Assembly (NCBI GenBank): GCA_000830295.1
Contig: CP010425.1
Span: 448,001-512,000, forward strand
Source: an archaeon GW2011_AR15
Lineage (GTDB): Archaea; Nanobdellota; Nanobdellia; Woesearchaeales; GW2011-AR15
Direction: 5' to 3'
Length of the DNA stretch: 64,000 nucleotides
Of this stretch, positions 9,672-18,957 are shown in pieces. The position numbers and the translations under genes are program-made. Position 1 is the first letter of the stretch, and every line of letters starts with the position of its first letter. The notes beneath the pieces are model-generated. The model was given only the letters and a program-made list of their open reading frames with translations, made no database searches and was not told the origin of the DNA.

Positions 9672-9673
9672 AA

Positions 9674-10834
9674 ATGAAAGGAAAAAGCACAGAAGGAAAA
9701 AGAACTGAGGCACTGAGCATTTTCCAGAAGCTTCCGATGCCCTCACCCAAAGAAGAAAGCTGGAAATATACTGACGTGCGTGACCTTAATCTCCAGGAAT
9801 TCGGCCCGGCCGCCCAGAAAATAGAATTTCCCGGCCTAAGTGATGAGCTTAAAGAAAAAGGCGTTATTTTTACTGACATAAAAACAGCAGTGGAAAAGCA
9901 TAAAGAGCTGATGGAAGACCATGAGCCGCTTTCCCTTATCTCCCCTGAAGAAGACAAGTTCACTGCAATGCACGGTGCATTCTGGAATGACGGCGTGTTC
10001 ATCTACGTGCCGAGGAATGTCTCCCTTAAGATGCCGCTGAGGAATATTTTCAGAGGAAGCGGAAGCGGCGGAGTGTTTTCGCATACTCTCATCATTCTTG
10101 AAGAGGGCGCAGGTATAGATTATATTGAAGAGCACTACTCAGAAAAATTTGAAGGTGTGTGCCTGAGGAATGATGCTGTTGAGATCTTTGCAGGGCCAAA
10201 TTCCCGCATAACCTTCCACAATTTCCAGAAATGGGAAGATAATGTGATGAACTTCACTTACTGGAAAGCCCGGCTTGCAAAAGACGCAAGGGTAAACTGG
10301 ATACTTGGGCAGTTCGGCGGAAAATTCAGCAGGGTAAAAATAGATTCTTTCTTCGACGGCCCGGGCTCAGAGTCAAAAAACCTTGGCGTTTTTTACGGAA
10401 GCGGGGAGCAGCACTTTGATTTCACTACAAATGTCCACCATCTTGTTCCAAATACAACAGCAGACATACTTATGAAGGGTGTGCTGGACGGGAAGGCAAG
10501 CTCTGTCTACAGGGGAAAGATAAAGATAGCCAAAATCGCGCAGGGCACAAATTCTTATCTTTCAGACCATTCGCTCATCCTCAGCAATGGCGCGGTTTCG
10601 CATTCAATACCCTCTCTTGAAATAGACGCGAATGATGTAAAGGCAAGCCACGGCGCAACACTAGGCAAGCCGGATGAGGAGGAGATATTCTATCTCATGA
10701 GCAGGGGCTTAAGGAGAAAAGAAGCAGAGAGACAGATAATTTTAGGCTATTTTTCTCCTGTAACAGATAATATCATGTTTGATGATCTCAGAGAGAAATT
10801 CAACGAGGCACTGCATGACAAGGTTAGAGGATAA
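9674..10834 (+). CDS. sufD: Fe-S cluster assembly protein SufD
   Basis: EESWKYTD, SIPSLEIDANDVKASHGAT, FYLMSRGL. Confidence 0.93.
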   Translation: MKGKSTEGKRTEALSIFQKLPMPSPKEESWKYTDVRDLNLQEFGPAAQKIEFPGLSDELKEKGVIFTDIKTAVEKHKELMEDHEPLSLISPEEDKFTAMHGAFWNDGVFIYVPRNVSLKMPLRNIFRGSGSGGVFSHTLIILEEGAGIDYIEEHYSEKFEGVCLRNDAVEIFAGPNSRITFHNFQKWEDNVMNFTYWKARLAKDARVNWILGQFGGKFSRVKIDSFFDGPGSESKNLGVFYGSGEQHFDFTTNVHHLVPNTTADILMKGVLDGKASSVYRGKIKIAKIAQGTNSYLSDHSLILSNGAVSHSIPSLEIDANDVKASHGATLGKPDEEEIFYLMSRGLRRKEAERQIILGYFSPVTDNIMFDDLREKFNEALHDKVRG

Positions 10835-10841
10835 GATAAAT

Positions 10842-12074
10842 ATGTATGATGTAAAAAAGATCAGGGGAGATTTTCCGATACTGAAAAGAACAGTCCATGG
10901 AAAGCCACTTGTTTACCTTGACAATGCAGCAACCACACAAAAGCCAAAACAGGTAATAGATACTATTTCTGATTACTATACGCAGCATAATGCAAATATA
11001 CACAGGGGCCTGCATACGCTTTCGCAGGAAGCCTCTGACATGTATGACAATGCCCATGTCCTTCTGGGGAAATTTGTCAATGCAAGATATCCAATGGAAG
11101 AAACAATCTTCATAAGGAACGCAACAGAGGGGCTCAATCTTGTTGCGAATGCGTGGGGAAGGTATAACCTGAAAGAAGGAGATGAAATTGTAAGCACAGA
11201 GATGGAGCATCATTCTAATATTGTGCCCTGGCAACTGCTGAAGGAGGAAATGGGTGCTAAGCTTAAGTTTGTGAATGTAAGGGAAGACGGCACCCTTGAT
11301 ATGGAAGACCTCAGAAAGAAAATGTGCAGCAGAACTAAGATTGTTGCATGCGTCTATGCATCCAACATGCTCGGTACAATAAATCCTGTTAAAGAGATTG
11401 GCAAGATTGCGCATAAGTATGGTGCATTGTTTGTTGTGGATGCTGCGCAGGCTGTCCCCCATATGCCGGTTGATGTGCAGGAGATTGGCGCTGATTTTAT
11501 GGCCTTTTCAGGGCACAAGATGCTTGGGCCGACAGGCATAGGGGTATTGTACGGGAAAAAAGAGCTTTTGGAAAAAATGCACCCGTATATGGCCGGGGGA
11601 GATATGATAAGCGAAGTGAAGCTTGAAGGCTCAAAATGGAATATTCTGCCGTGGAAATTTGAGGCAGGGACGCCAAATATTGCAGGAGGAATTGCCCTGG
11701 CGGCTGCAGTGGAATATCTTAATGCATTGGGCATGAAAAATGTAAGGGCCCACGAAAAGGAGCTTATTGGATACGGGATTGAAACGCTTTCCAAAATTGC
11801 AGGGGTTGAGATATACGGGCCTCTTAATACCGATATAAGAGGCGGCGTGCTTACGTTTAACATAAAGGGGATTGACCCGGCTGATGTGGCGGCTGTGCTG
11901 GACAGTGAATACGGAATTGCAATAAGAACCGGCCATCACTGCGCACAACCCATCACCGAAAAGTTCGGGCTGAAATCCACGTGCAGAGCAAGCTTTTATG
12001 TATATAACACAAAAGAAGAAATTGATTTCCTTGCCAGTTCGCTTAAAAAAGTGAAGGATATTTTCAGAAAATAA
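10842..12074 (+). CDS. sufS: Cysteine desulfurase SufS (group II)
   Basis: YLDNAATTQKP, EHHSNIVPW, FSGHKMLGPTGIG (PLP Lys), RTGHHCAQP; start MYDVKKIR at 10842. Confidence 0.96.
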   Translation: MYDVKKIRGDFPILKRTVHGKPLVYLDNAATTQKPKQVIDTISDYYTQHNANIHRGLHTLSQEASDMYDNAHVLLGKFVNARYPMEETIFIRNATEGLNLVANAWGRYNLKEGDEIVSTEMEHHSNIVPWQLLKEEMGAKLKFVNVREDGTLDMEDLRKKMCSRTKIVACVYASNMLGTINPVKEIGKIAHKYGALFVVDAAQAVPHMPVDVQEIGADFMAFSGHKMLGPTGIGVLYGKKELLEKMHPYMAGGDMISEVKLEGSKWNILPWKFEAGTPNIAGGIALAAAVEYLNALGMKNVRAHEKELIGYGIETLSKIAGVEIYGPLNTDIRGGVLTFNIKGIDPADVAAVLDSEYGIAIRTGHHCAQPITEKFGLKSTCRASFYVYNTKEEIDFLASSLKKVKDIFRK

Positions 12075-13031
12075 TCAGTTCCCTATAATCCTGTCGTATA
12101 TTTTTCTTGCTTCTGTTTCATTCTCTGCCTTCACAAGCGCCCTTCCGTCTTCAAAGAGGGTTATACTGCCAAAATGAAGCAGGCCGTTAAACATTTTCAC
12201 TTCACCAAGTTTTTTCAGATTCTTTTCAACTGCAGCAAGGTCTTTTTTCCGCCCCCTTATCTGGTAGCTTCCCTTTTCGCACATCCTTACAAGAGAAGAT
12301 TTCCTTTCTCCTGAAAGATATTCATATTTTCCTGTGCAGGCCGGACAGTCCTTATTCTGCGCTACCTTTATCTTTGAAAAATCATTTTTCCAGAAATCTA
12401 TTCTGACAAGGTTTTTCTCATAGTCTTTCCCAAGAATGATTTTAATTGCCTCGTTTGACATTATGGCTGCAACCGCTGCTGTATTTGCGTTGAGCACCCC
12501 GACAGTGTCACATGTCTCCTCTGTGCTTCCTTTGAAAATGCACCGCAAGCACGCGCCTCCGTGTACTACATTAAATACATAACCCCTGTCTGAAACAGCC
12601 CCGCCGTAGACAAATGGGATTTTGTTTTTGAGGGCATAGTCATTAAGCAGAAACCTGCTTTCCATGTTATCTGTGCAGCCGAGAATTATGTCGGGGTTTC
12701 CTATCCCGCTGATATTTTCGAAAGTCATGTCGATATTCTTTGCTGTTATTTTTACTTCAGCATTTATTTTTCTCAGTTTCTCTGCTGCTGTTTCTGCTTT
12801 TAGTTTTCCGATGTCGGATTCATCAAACAATGACTGCCGCTGCAGGTTATTCAGCTCTATAAAATCCCGGTCTATAAGTATAAGGTTGCCGACGCCTGCC
12901 CTTGCCAAAAGTTCTGCCGCGACTGTTCCCAGTGCCCCCATCCCAACAACAGAAACTGTGCTTTCAGAAATTTTTTTCTGGCCGGCTTTACCTATGTTCC
13001 TGTACAGCTCCTGTCTTGAATATCTGTCCAT
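12075..13031 (-). CDS. ThiF/MoeB/UbaA-family E1-like adenylyltransferase
   Basis: MDRYSRQ start at 13031, GMGALG, DRDFIELNNLQRQ, CLRC and CPAC zinc pairs, ETCDTVGVL catalytic Cys. Confidence 0.92.
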   Translation of the reverse strand: MDRYSRQELYRNIGKAGQKKISESTVSVVGMGALGTVAAELLARAGVGNLILIDRDFIELNNLQRQSLFDESDIGKLKAETAAEKLRKINAEVKITAKNIDMTFENISGIGNPDIILGCTDNMESRFLLNDYALKNKIPFVYGGAVSDRGYVFNVVHGGACLRCIFKGSTEETCDTVGVLNANTAAVAAIMSNEAIKIILGKDYEKNLVRIDFWKNDFSKIKVAQNKDCPACTGKYEYLSGERKSSLVRMCEKGSYQIRGRKKDLAAVEKNLKKLGEVKMFNGLLHFGSITLFEDGRALVKAENETEARKIYDRIIGN

Positions 13032-13104
13032 GCCGCAATGGAAAGCCGGCATGCTTTTTAATATATTGGATAGTTTTAAGAAGACTTTTGGATTCTTTTG
13101 ATTC

Positions 13105-13299
13105 ATGGATGTGTTTATTGACAAGGACAACAGGGAAATGAAAATAGAGTTCACTGGGGATGTAAAGGGCCTTCTTGAAAAGTTGAAAATAAACCCGGAA
13201 ACCGTGATTGTTGTAAGGGATGATGAGCTGCTGACAGATGATGTTGTGCTGAAGAATAATGATAAGATAAAAGTACTGAGCGTAATAAGCGGTGGATAG
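13105..13299 (+). CDS. Ubiquitin-like sulfur carrier (ThiS/MoaD/SAMP family)
   Basis: 64 aa beta-grasp-sized protein ending in VISGG. Confidence 0.9.
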   Translation: MDVFIDKDNREMKIEFTGDVKGLLEKLKINPETVIVVRDDELLTDDVVLKNNDKIKVLSVISGG

Positions 13300-14175
13300 A
13301 TGAAATGCGGCCTTTGTGAGAAAAATGCAGTATTCGGGAATCCTGCATACTGCAAAGAGCATTTTTGCGGTTATATTGAGAAAAAAGTTCTTGGGACAAT
13401 AGAGAAATACAATCTTATAGAAAAGGGGCAGAAGGTCGCTGTCGCGGCATCTGGCGGAAAGGATTCACTGAGTGTTCTATATATTCTGAACAAATACGGT
13501 TATGGTGTAACCGCGCTGGCGATTGATGAGGGAATAAGCGGGTACAGAGACAGAACTTTGGCTACATTAAAAAAAATCTGCGGGGCGCATAAAATAAAGC
13601 TGAGAATCGTGAGTTTCAAGGGAAAATTCAGCAAATCGCTTGATGAGATACTATTCACAAACAGAGAGCGGCCGTGCACTGTGTGCGGCGTTTTCAGGCG
13701 ATACCTGCTTAACCTGCATGCAAGGGACTATGACGTGCTTGCCACAGGGCATAATATGGATGATGAAGCACAGGTTACACTAATGAATCTTATCAAAAAC
13801 AACCTTTCTGCAATGCAGAGGATGGGCCCGAGTGCCGGTGTTGTTTCCTCGGAAAAATTTACCAGACGGGTAAAGCCGCTGTATTTCTGCACTGAAAAAG
13901 AGATTATGACTTATGCCTTCATAAATAAGCTGACTGCAGATTTCAACGAATGCCCCAATGTGAGCAGGGCTTTCAGGCTTAGGGTCAGGGATATGCTGAA
14001 TGAGATTGAGCAGGAAGTTCCCGGCGCAAAAAAGAATCTCATTGAATGGTCGCTGAAAAGCAAAACCGGAATGAAGACAGGCGAAGAGGGCTTGAGAGAA
14101 TGCCGGGCCTGCGGCGAGCTTTCATCGGCTGACGTCTGCATGGCCTGCAGATATATGGAAAAAATAAGTGTATAA
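13300..14175 (+). CDS. ncsA: tRNA 2-thiolation enzyme (TtuA/NcsA/Ncs6 family)
   Basis: N-terminal CxxC...CxxH, PP-loop SGGKDS, CTVCGVFRR, TGHNMDDEAQ, ECP, C-terminal CRAC...CMAC. Confidence 0.9.
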   Translation: MKCGLCEKNAVFGNPAYCKEHFCGYIEKKVLGTIEKYNLIEKGQKVAVAASGGKDSLSVLYILNKYGYGVTALAIDEGISGYRDRTLATLKKICGAHKIKLRIVSFKGKFSKSLDEILFTNRERPCTVCGVFRRYLLNLHARDYDVLATGHNMDDEAQVTLMNLIKNNLSAMQRMGPSAGVVSSEKFTRRVKPLYFCTEKEIMTYAFINKLTADFNECPNVSRAFRLRVRDMLNEIEQEVPGAKKNLIEWSLKSKTGMKTGEEGLRECRACGELSSADVCMACRYMEKISV

Positions 14176-14176
14176 A

Positions 14177-14743
14177 ATGTTCATAGATGTATGCTTTCCA
14201 AAAAATAACGAAGAGGAATTCCTGAGAACTGCTGAGAGGCTTTCTATTGGTGGTTTGTGTTTTGTATATGGCGGGCAGGCAATGGGGCAGATAGTGCATG
14301 GCAAAATGCCGGTCTGGAGCGCCTCTTCCGGTGCTGCAAAAATCCCAGGTACATTATTCGGCCTTGTGCCCTTGTCAAGGAATATCTCAAAAGCAGGAAA
14401 GATTGTGTATTATTATATACCTGCAGAAGAAAAACCGCGGTTTCATTATCCGCTGAAAGAAATAAATCAGGTTGTCATGAAGGACCTGAAGATGCATGGC
14501 AGAATACTTGGGTTTTCATTTGCTTCTGTGCTTCATGGCTCTCCAAAGGATATTGAGAAAATAAGATTTGTTGCCGGATTGGCTGAAAAATATAAAGTAA
14601 AGACATTTTTTGCCTCTTTTGCCGCATCGCCCGAAGAATTGAGAAGTGAGAAAGAGATGCTCGGGGCTGCAAGAGCCATGAGGATGAAGTGCGGCATCGG
14701 GGTTCCTGAAGATTTTTTATCAGCAGACAACAAGAACTTTTAA
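14177..14743 (+). CDS. Divergent RNase P subunit Rpp30-like protein
   Basis: INQVVMKDLK...GFSFASVL...KYKVKTFFASFAASPEELRS resembles the Rpp30 C-terminal half. Confidence 0.6.
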   Translation: MFIDVCFPKNNEEEFLRTAERLSIGGLCFVYGGQAMGQIVHGKMPVWSASSGAAKIPGTLFGLVPLSRNISKAGKIVYYYIPAEEKPRFHYPLKEINQVVMKDLKMHGRILGFSFASVLHGSPKDIEKIRFVAGLAEKYKVKTFFASFAASPEELRSEKEMLGAARAMRMKCGIGVPEDFLSADNKNF

Positions 14744-14768
14744 ATATGGTCTCTTTTTCCCTAAACAT

Positions 14769-15167
14769 ATGGATTACGACAAACTCCTTAAGAAAGCCAG
14801 GGAAAAGCTGCCTGACTCTGTTCTGAAGAAAGAGCGGTTTGAAGTGCCTAAGATAATGGGGCACCTGCAGGGAAACAAGACAGTGTTATCAAATTTCTCA
14901 CAGATAGCAACACATCTCAACAGGGATCCTGACTGGATGCTTAAGTATATACTGAAGGAGCTCGCAACACCCGGAGAGATGCAGAAAAACCTGGTTGTGC
15001 TTGGAAGGAAAGTCAGCGCATCAAACATAAATGAGAAAATAAGCGAGTTCGCCAGAAAATATGTCATATGCAAAGAATGCGGAAAGCCTGACACCAAAAT
15101 CAGCAGGCAGAACAGGATTATTTTCCTCAAGTGCAATGCCTGCGGGGCGCGATATCCTGCAATATGA
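14769..15167 (+). CDS. eif2b: Translation initiation factor aIF-2 beta
   Basis: ERFEVP, GNKTVLSNF, LKELATPG, YVICKECGKPDT...CNACGA. Confidence 0.95.
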   Translation: MDYDKLLKKAREKLPDSVLKKERFEVPKIMGHLQGNKTVLSNFSQIATHLNRDPDWMLKYILKELATPGEMQKNLVVLGRKVSASNINEKISEFARKYVICKECGKPDTKISRQNRIIFLKCNACGARYPAI

Positions 15168-15454
15168 TCATAAAAAAACATGCCAGACAGGGAAAGCTTG
15201 TTCTTGCGATTTGCGACTCTGATATTCTTGGGAAATCATTTTCAGAAGGAGATGCTGTTCTCGACCTTAAATCCGAGTTCTACAAAGGTGAAAAGATGCC
15301 TGAGGAAAATATCCTGAAGCTTGTCAGGGTATGCTACATGATCAATGCTATCGGAAAAAAATCGACCGGGTTCCTGATAGAGAAAGAGATCATATCAAAA
15401 GAAGATATAAAAGAAATCGGCGGTGTTCCTTATACCCTTGTCCTTTTTGGCTAG
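15164..15454 (+). CDS. DUF424 family protein
   Basis: VLAICDSDILGKSFSEG...FYKGE...IGGVPY; ATG overlaps the aIF-2beta stop. Confidence 0.8.
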   Translation: MIIKKHARQGKLVLAICDSDILGKSFSEGDAVLDLKSEFYKGEKMPEENILKLVRVCYMINAIGKKSTGFLIEKEIISKEDIKEIGGVPYTLVLFG

Positions 15455-18400
15455 CCAAACCACTTGCCCAGGCCTTCCTGCCTTTCCTTTTCCTTTCCAA
15501 GAACAGAGTCAACCTGCTTCTGCAGAAAATACAATGTCTGCATCAGGTAATCCGATACTTTATATTTTTCAGCGAGGCTTATTGTCGGCTGCAGATACTT
15601 AACTATGCTTCCCTCTGCCACTGTGAAGATTATCTTGCCCTGGCATGATGTGCACCTGCCGGCCAGCGGCGGCCTCCTGTATTTCTTATTGCATGATACG
15701 CACCTGAATCTCTGTGTTGAGAATTTTCTTAGGTTTCCCCTTATGTCCTTCAGGAAATGCTTTTCTATCACAAGCTGGGCAACGTCTCCTGTATTGACTG
15801 CGACTATCTTCTCAGCCAGGTCCATCTGCCCCATCAGCTTGTCCTGCATTGTGGGCAGAAGCTTATATGCCGACCTGAGTACTCCTGAATTTATATCTGA
15901 TATTTCATGCGTGTATCCCATGCCCTCATACTGCTCTTCTGTGTTGAGGACATCATCTATCTGGAGGATTTCAACCTCCCACGGATACTTGTATTCAAGG
16001 GCTGCCTCATACAGCTCAAGAGGATAGCTCCATGCAATGTCCATGCCGTGCACCTCGTCATCAACTTCTCCGGGCACAAGCAGGGAAGTCAGTACTAACG
16101 GAGCGTCCATTGTCCTTGAGCCTCTCTTGTCCGGAAGATATGACCTTGAAAAATTGAGGAATGCGTCAAGAAGAAGTATTACGCTTGCCTCGTCCCCATC
16201 GCAATTCCTCCTCATTGCTGCGTGGAACATGGGGTGGGTGAGCATGCCCTGTGTTTTTGAAAACCCTATTACCCTCCCGACTGTCCCTGCTGACGTATGA
16301 GGCGCAAGGCCGACAACAAGATGGCCTATGATGTCTTTTTTTGTTTTAAGGTTGTAATACGGCGGAAGCCTGTACAGCCTGGCCAGCAGCTCGTCTATAA
16401 AATTTGCTGTCCTGTACAGCATCTCATCTGCAGGCTCTTCTGCTGATTCCGGAGATCCGGGAAGAATCATATCCTGCGGCTTAAGCTCCGCTACCTGCTC
16501 TGCTGACTCCAGTTTTTTTCCATGGATGTCGTGCTTATATCCCAGCTTCTGCAGTTCTGCTATGCTTGTTCCTATTTCTTTCGGCCTGAAATGTGTTATA
16601 GGAAGCTCTATCATATCATACCTTGTTGTGCCGTCTTTGTTAACGTATATTTTATGTTTTGCGCGCAGGACGCCCTTGAGCAGATTTTCTGTAATGTGCG
16701 TTCTGTTGCTTGTTCCCCTTACGCCTTTTATCAGGTCCGGATAGATGGAAAGCCCTGCTCTTTCGAGTGTTTTTGTGAAGATATCATTTATGTCAATGTC
16801 TCTTTTCATGTATTCGTAGACCCTGTCATGCTGGCATTTTTCAGCTATTATCTTGCAGGTTTCGCAGTAATATCTCTTTCTGGTTTTTGTTGCGCAGGTT
16901 TCACAGACAGAGAAGATTGTTTCTTTGCTGCATTTTTCGCAGAAAAAGACAGGGAACTCTGCTGTTATTTTTTTCTTTTCAAATGCAGACTGCAGGCTCT
17001 TCAGCCTTCCTCCCTCTGCGCCGACAGGAAATAGGAAATGCGGGCTGCCTGTCAGCTTTCTCATTTTTGCCTTTTCCGGCCTGCCCATTCTTGCTCCGAT
17101 AAATGTGCCTCCCTTATCCATTATTTGAATTCCTGACGCTGCGGAGAGTATTTCCAAGGTTCCCTCTTCTTTCTTTAGCGCGTCTTTTATTTTCTCCTGG
17201 TTTTTTATGAAAAGCATGTAAACAGTATGGGCGTGCTCCTTTTCTATGACTATAAACTCCCTGTTCACCAGAAGGTGAGGCATGCCTATCTTTTCCAGGA
17301 TCTCTTTTTCTTTCTGGCTGTTGCCCAGTATTAATTTTGTTATTTTTTCATCTTCTTTTTTGACATTGGCAGAAGATATCCATTCTGACAGCGCAGAAAG
17401 CTCTTCTTTTGTGATGTTTTGCCAGAAATATGTGTAATCGGGATGAAGCGGTATCCTAAATTGTTTTGAGATCCTGAACGCCATCCTTGCGGATATTTTT
17501 ATTTTCATTGGGCTTTCGAACAGGTGCCTTATGTTTTCCGGTTCCGCGCCTATAATTTCCGCACACTTGTCAATATCAAGCGAACCAAAGAGTCCTACTG
17601 CCGCCTTTTCAAGGTCCTTTATCCACCATTCCTGGCAATATCCTGCAGGCACAAGCCTGTGCCCGTTCTCTGAAAAATCTCCGTAATTGAAAAGCACGTC
17701 CCCGAGAAACAGTATCTTGTCTATTTCCTCCGTCTTTACTTTATTTGAAGACAGCTGGAGCACTGACCCGTCTTTTATTTTTACTATTGGCCCGTCAATT
17801 GAGTCGCATGGCACAATTGCTGCTGCTTTTCCCGGCCTCTCCATTTTTAGCTGTGTGCCTGTCGCAATATAATTATTCAGAATGTCCATTGTCCTCGGGT
17901 GGATTGCTGCCGCTGCAAGCCCCGTCGTCCTTGTCCTCCCGTATCTGAGCCTAAGCCCCCCTACCCTCATGGGAAAAGACAGCACCGGACGGCCCGCAAC
18001 GAGATCTTCTATAAAAGTATAGTTGGGGGTTATCTTTGCCTTTGTTTCTGTTTTCTCCCCCTTTGCCTTTGCTTTTTTCTGGAGTTCAAGGAATTCTGTG
18101 AGGAAGCCCCAGTCAATGCCGAATTCTTTTCCCCATATCTGGAGCTGCTTGTCGATTTTTTTTGCCTTCTGTGCCATTCCCTCTGCAACAACAAGGCAAA
18201 TTCCCCCCCTTATCCTGTTTGTTTCGACTCTCTCAAGGTCCTTATAGTTTGAGACCTCAAAATCTTCTGTCGGGTCGCCGTTGATCTCTATCGGCATATG
18301 CTCTACCAGATATGTAATCTCTTCTTCTGACGGCACATACTGGAGATTGGTGACCCTGTCATGGTAGTCCCTTATTTCTATTGCTGTCCTCAGGATTTCT

Positions 18401-18957
18401 TTTGCTGTGGGGTCATACGGATAGTAGCCCATCTTTATTCGGACATAGTCCGCAATGATGACAGAAAAGGCCTCTGCTGTTCCTCCTGCTGCCCTGATTG
18501 GCCCGGCATAAAATGCAGAGAGATATTCCTTGCCGTCCCTTCTTTTTTTTATTTTAAGCTCTATAAATCCCTCCAGCGGCGCTGAAATAACCCCGAGGGT
18601 TATATACGCCAGGCCTACCCTGATTCCTGTTTCCATTGCCTTTAGTTTTGATTCGTGCCTGTAGAATTTATCCTGGGCAACTTCTTCTGCAATCTTCAGC
18701 GCAACCCTCCAGTCGAGCTGGCCGTATTTTTTTTCAAGCTGGACTATCCTCTGGGCAACTCCCGAGCCGAGTATCTTCGGAGAAACAGCACTTATCAGAC
18801 CTTCAACTCTCTGGGCAACTCCCTTTGCAATTGGTATGTCAACCTTTTGCTCAGGGTCAAAAGATAGTTCCCTCGCTTTTTTTGCAAGCTCGTATGTTTC
18901 CAGGACTCCTGAATCTATCCTGTCAAAGTATTCTGTCATCCCTTTTGAAGCGTTCAT
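15451..18957 (-). CDS. polC: DNA polymerase D large subunit DP2 (no intein)
   Basis: YAGPIRAAGGT, RLRYGRTR, GARMGRPEKAK, RRNCDGDE, C-terminal CxxC zinc motifs. Confidence 0.97.
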   Translation of the reverse strand: MNASKGMTEYFDRIDSGVLETYELAKKARELSFDPEQKVDIPIAKGVAQRVEGLISAVSPKILGSGVAQRIVQLEKKYGQLDWRVALKIAEEVAQDKFYRHESKLKAMETGIRVGLAYITLGVISAPLEGFIELKIKKRRDGKEYLSAFYAGPIRAAGGTAEAFSVIIADYVRIKMGYYPYDPTAKEILRTAIEIRDYHDRVTNLQYVPSEEEITYLVEHMPIEINGDPTEDFEVSNYKDLERVETNRIRGGICLVVAEGMAQKAKKIDKQLQIWGKEFGIDWGFLTEFLELQKKAKAKGEKTETKAKITPNYTFIEDLVAGRPVLSFPMRVGGLRLRYGRTRTTGLAAAAIHPRTMDILNNYIATGTQLKMERPGKAAAIVPCDSIDGPIVKIKDGSVLQLSSNKVKTEEIDKILFLGDVLFNYGDFSENGHRLVPAGYCQEWWIKDLEKAAVGLFGSLDIDKCAEIIGAEPENIRHLFESPMKIKISARMAFRISKQFRIPLHPDYTYFWQNITKEELSALSEWISSANVKKEDEKITKLILGNSQKEKEILEKIGMPHLLVNREFIVIEKEHAHTVYMLFIKNQEKIKDALKKEEGTLEILSAASGIQIMDKGGTFIGARMGRPEKAKMRKLTGSPHFLFPVGAEGGRLKSLQSAFEKKKITAEFPVFFCEKCSKETIFSVCETCATKTRKRYYCETCKIIAEKCQHDRVYEYMKRDIDINDIFTKTLERAGLSIYPDLIKGVRGTSNRTHITENLLKGVLRAKHKIYVNKDGTTRYDMIELPITHFRPKEIGTSIAELQKLGYKHDIHGKKLESAEQVAELKPQDMILPGSPESAEEPADEMLYRTANFIDELLARLYRLPPYYNLKTKKDIIGHLVVGLAPHTSAGTVGRVIGFSKTQGMLTHPMFHAAMRRNCDGDEASVILLLDAFLNFSRSYLPDKRGSRTMDAPLVLTSLLVPGEVDDEVHGMDIAWSYPLELYEAALEYKYPWEVEILQIDDVLNTEEQYEGMGYTHEISDINSGVLRSAYKLLPTMQDKLMGQMDLAEKIVAVNTGDVAQLVIEKHFLKDIRGNLRKFSTQRFRCVSCNKKYRRPPLAGRCTSCQGKIIFTVAEGSIVKYLQPTISLAEKYKVSDYLMQTLYFLQKQVDSVLGKEKERQEGLGKWFG

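Noticed and set aside
13032-13355. N-terminal extension of the 426-aa E1 ORF
   Set aside because: Overlaps the Ubl and thiolase genes on the other strand; homology starts at MDRYSRQ (13031).
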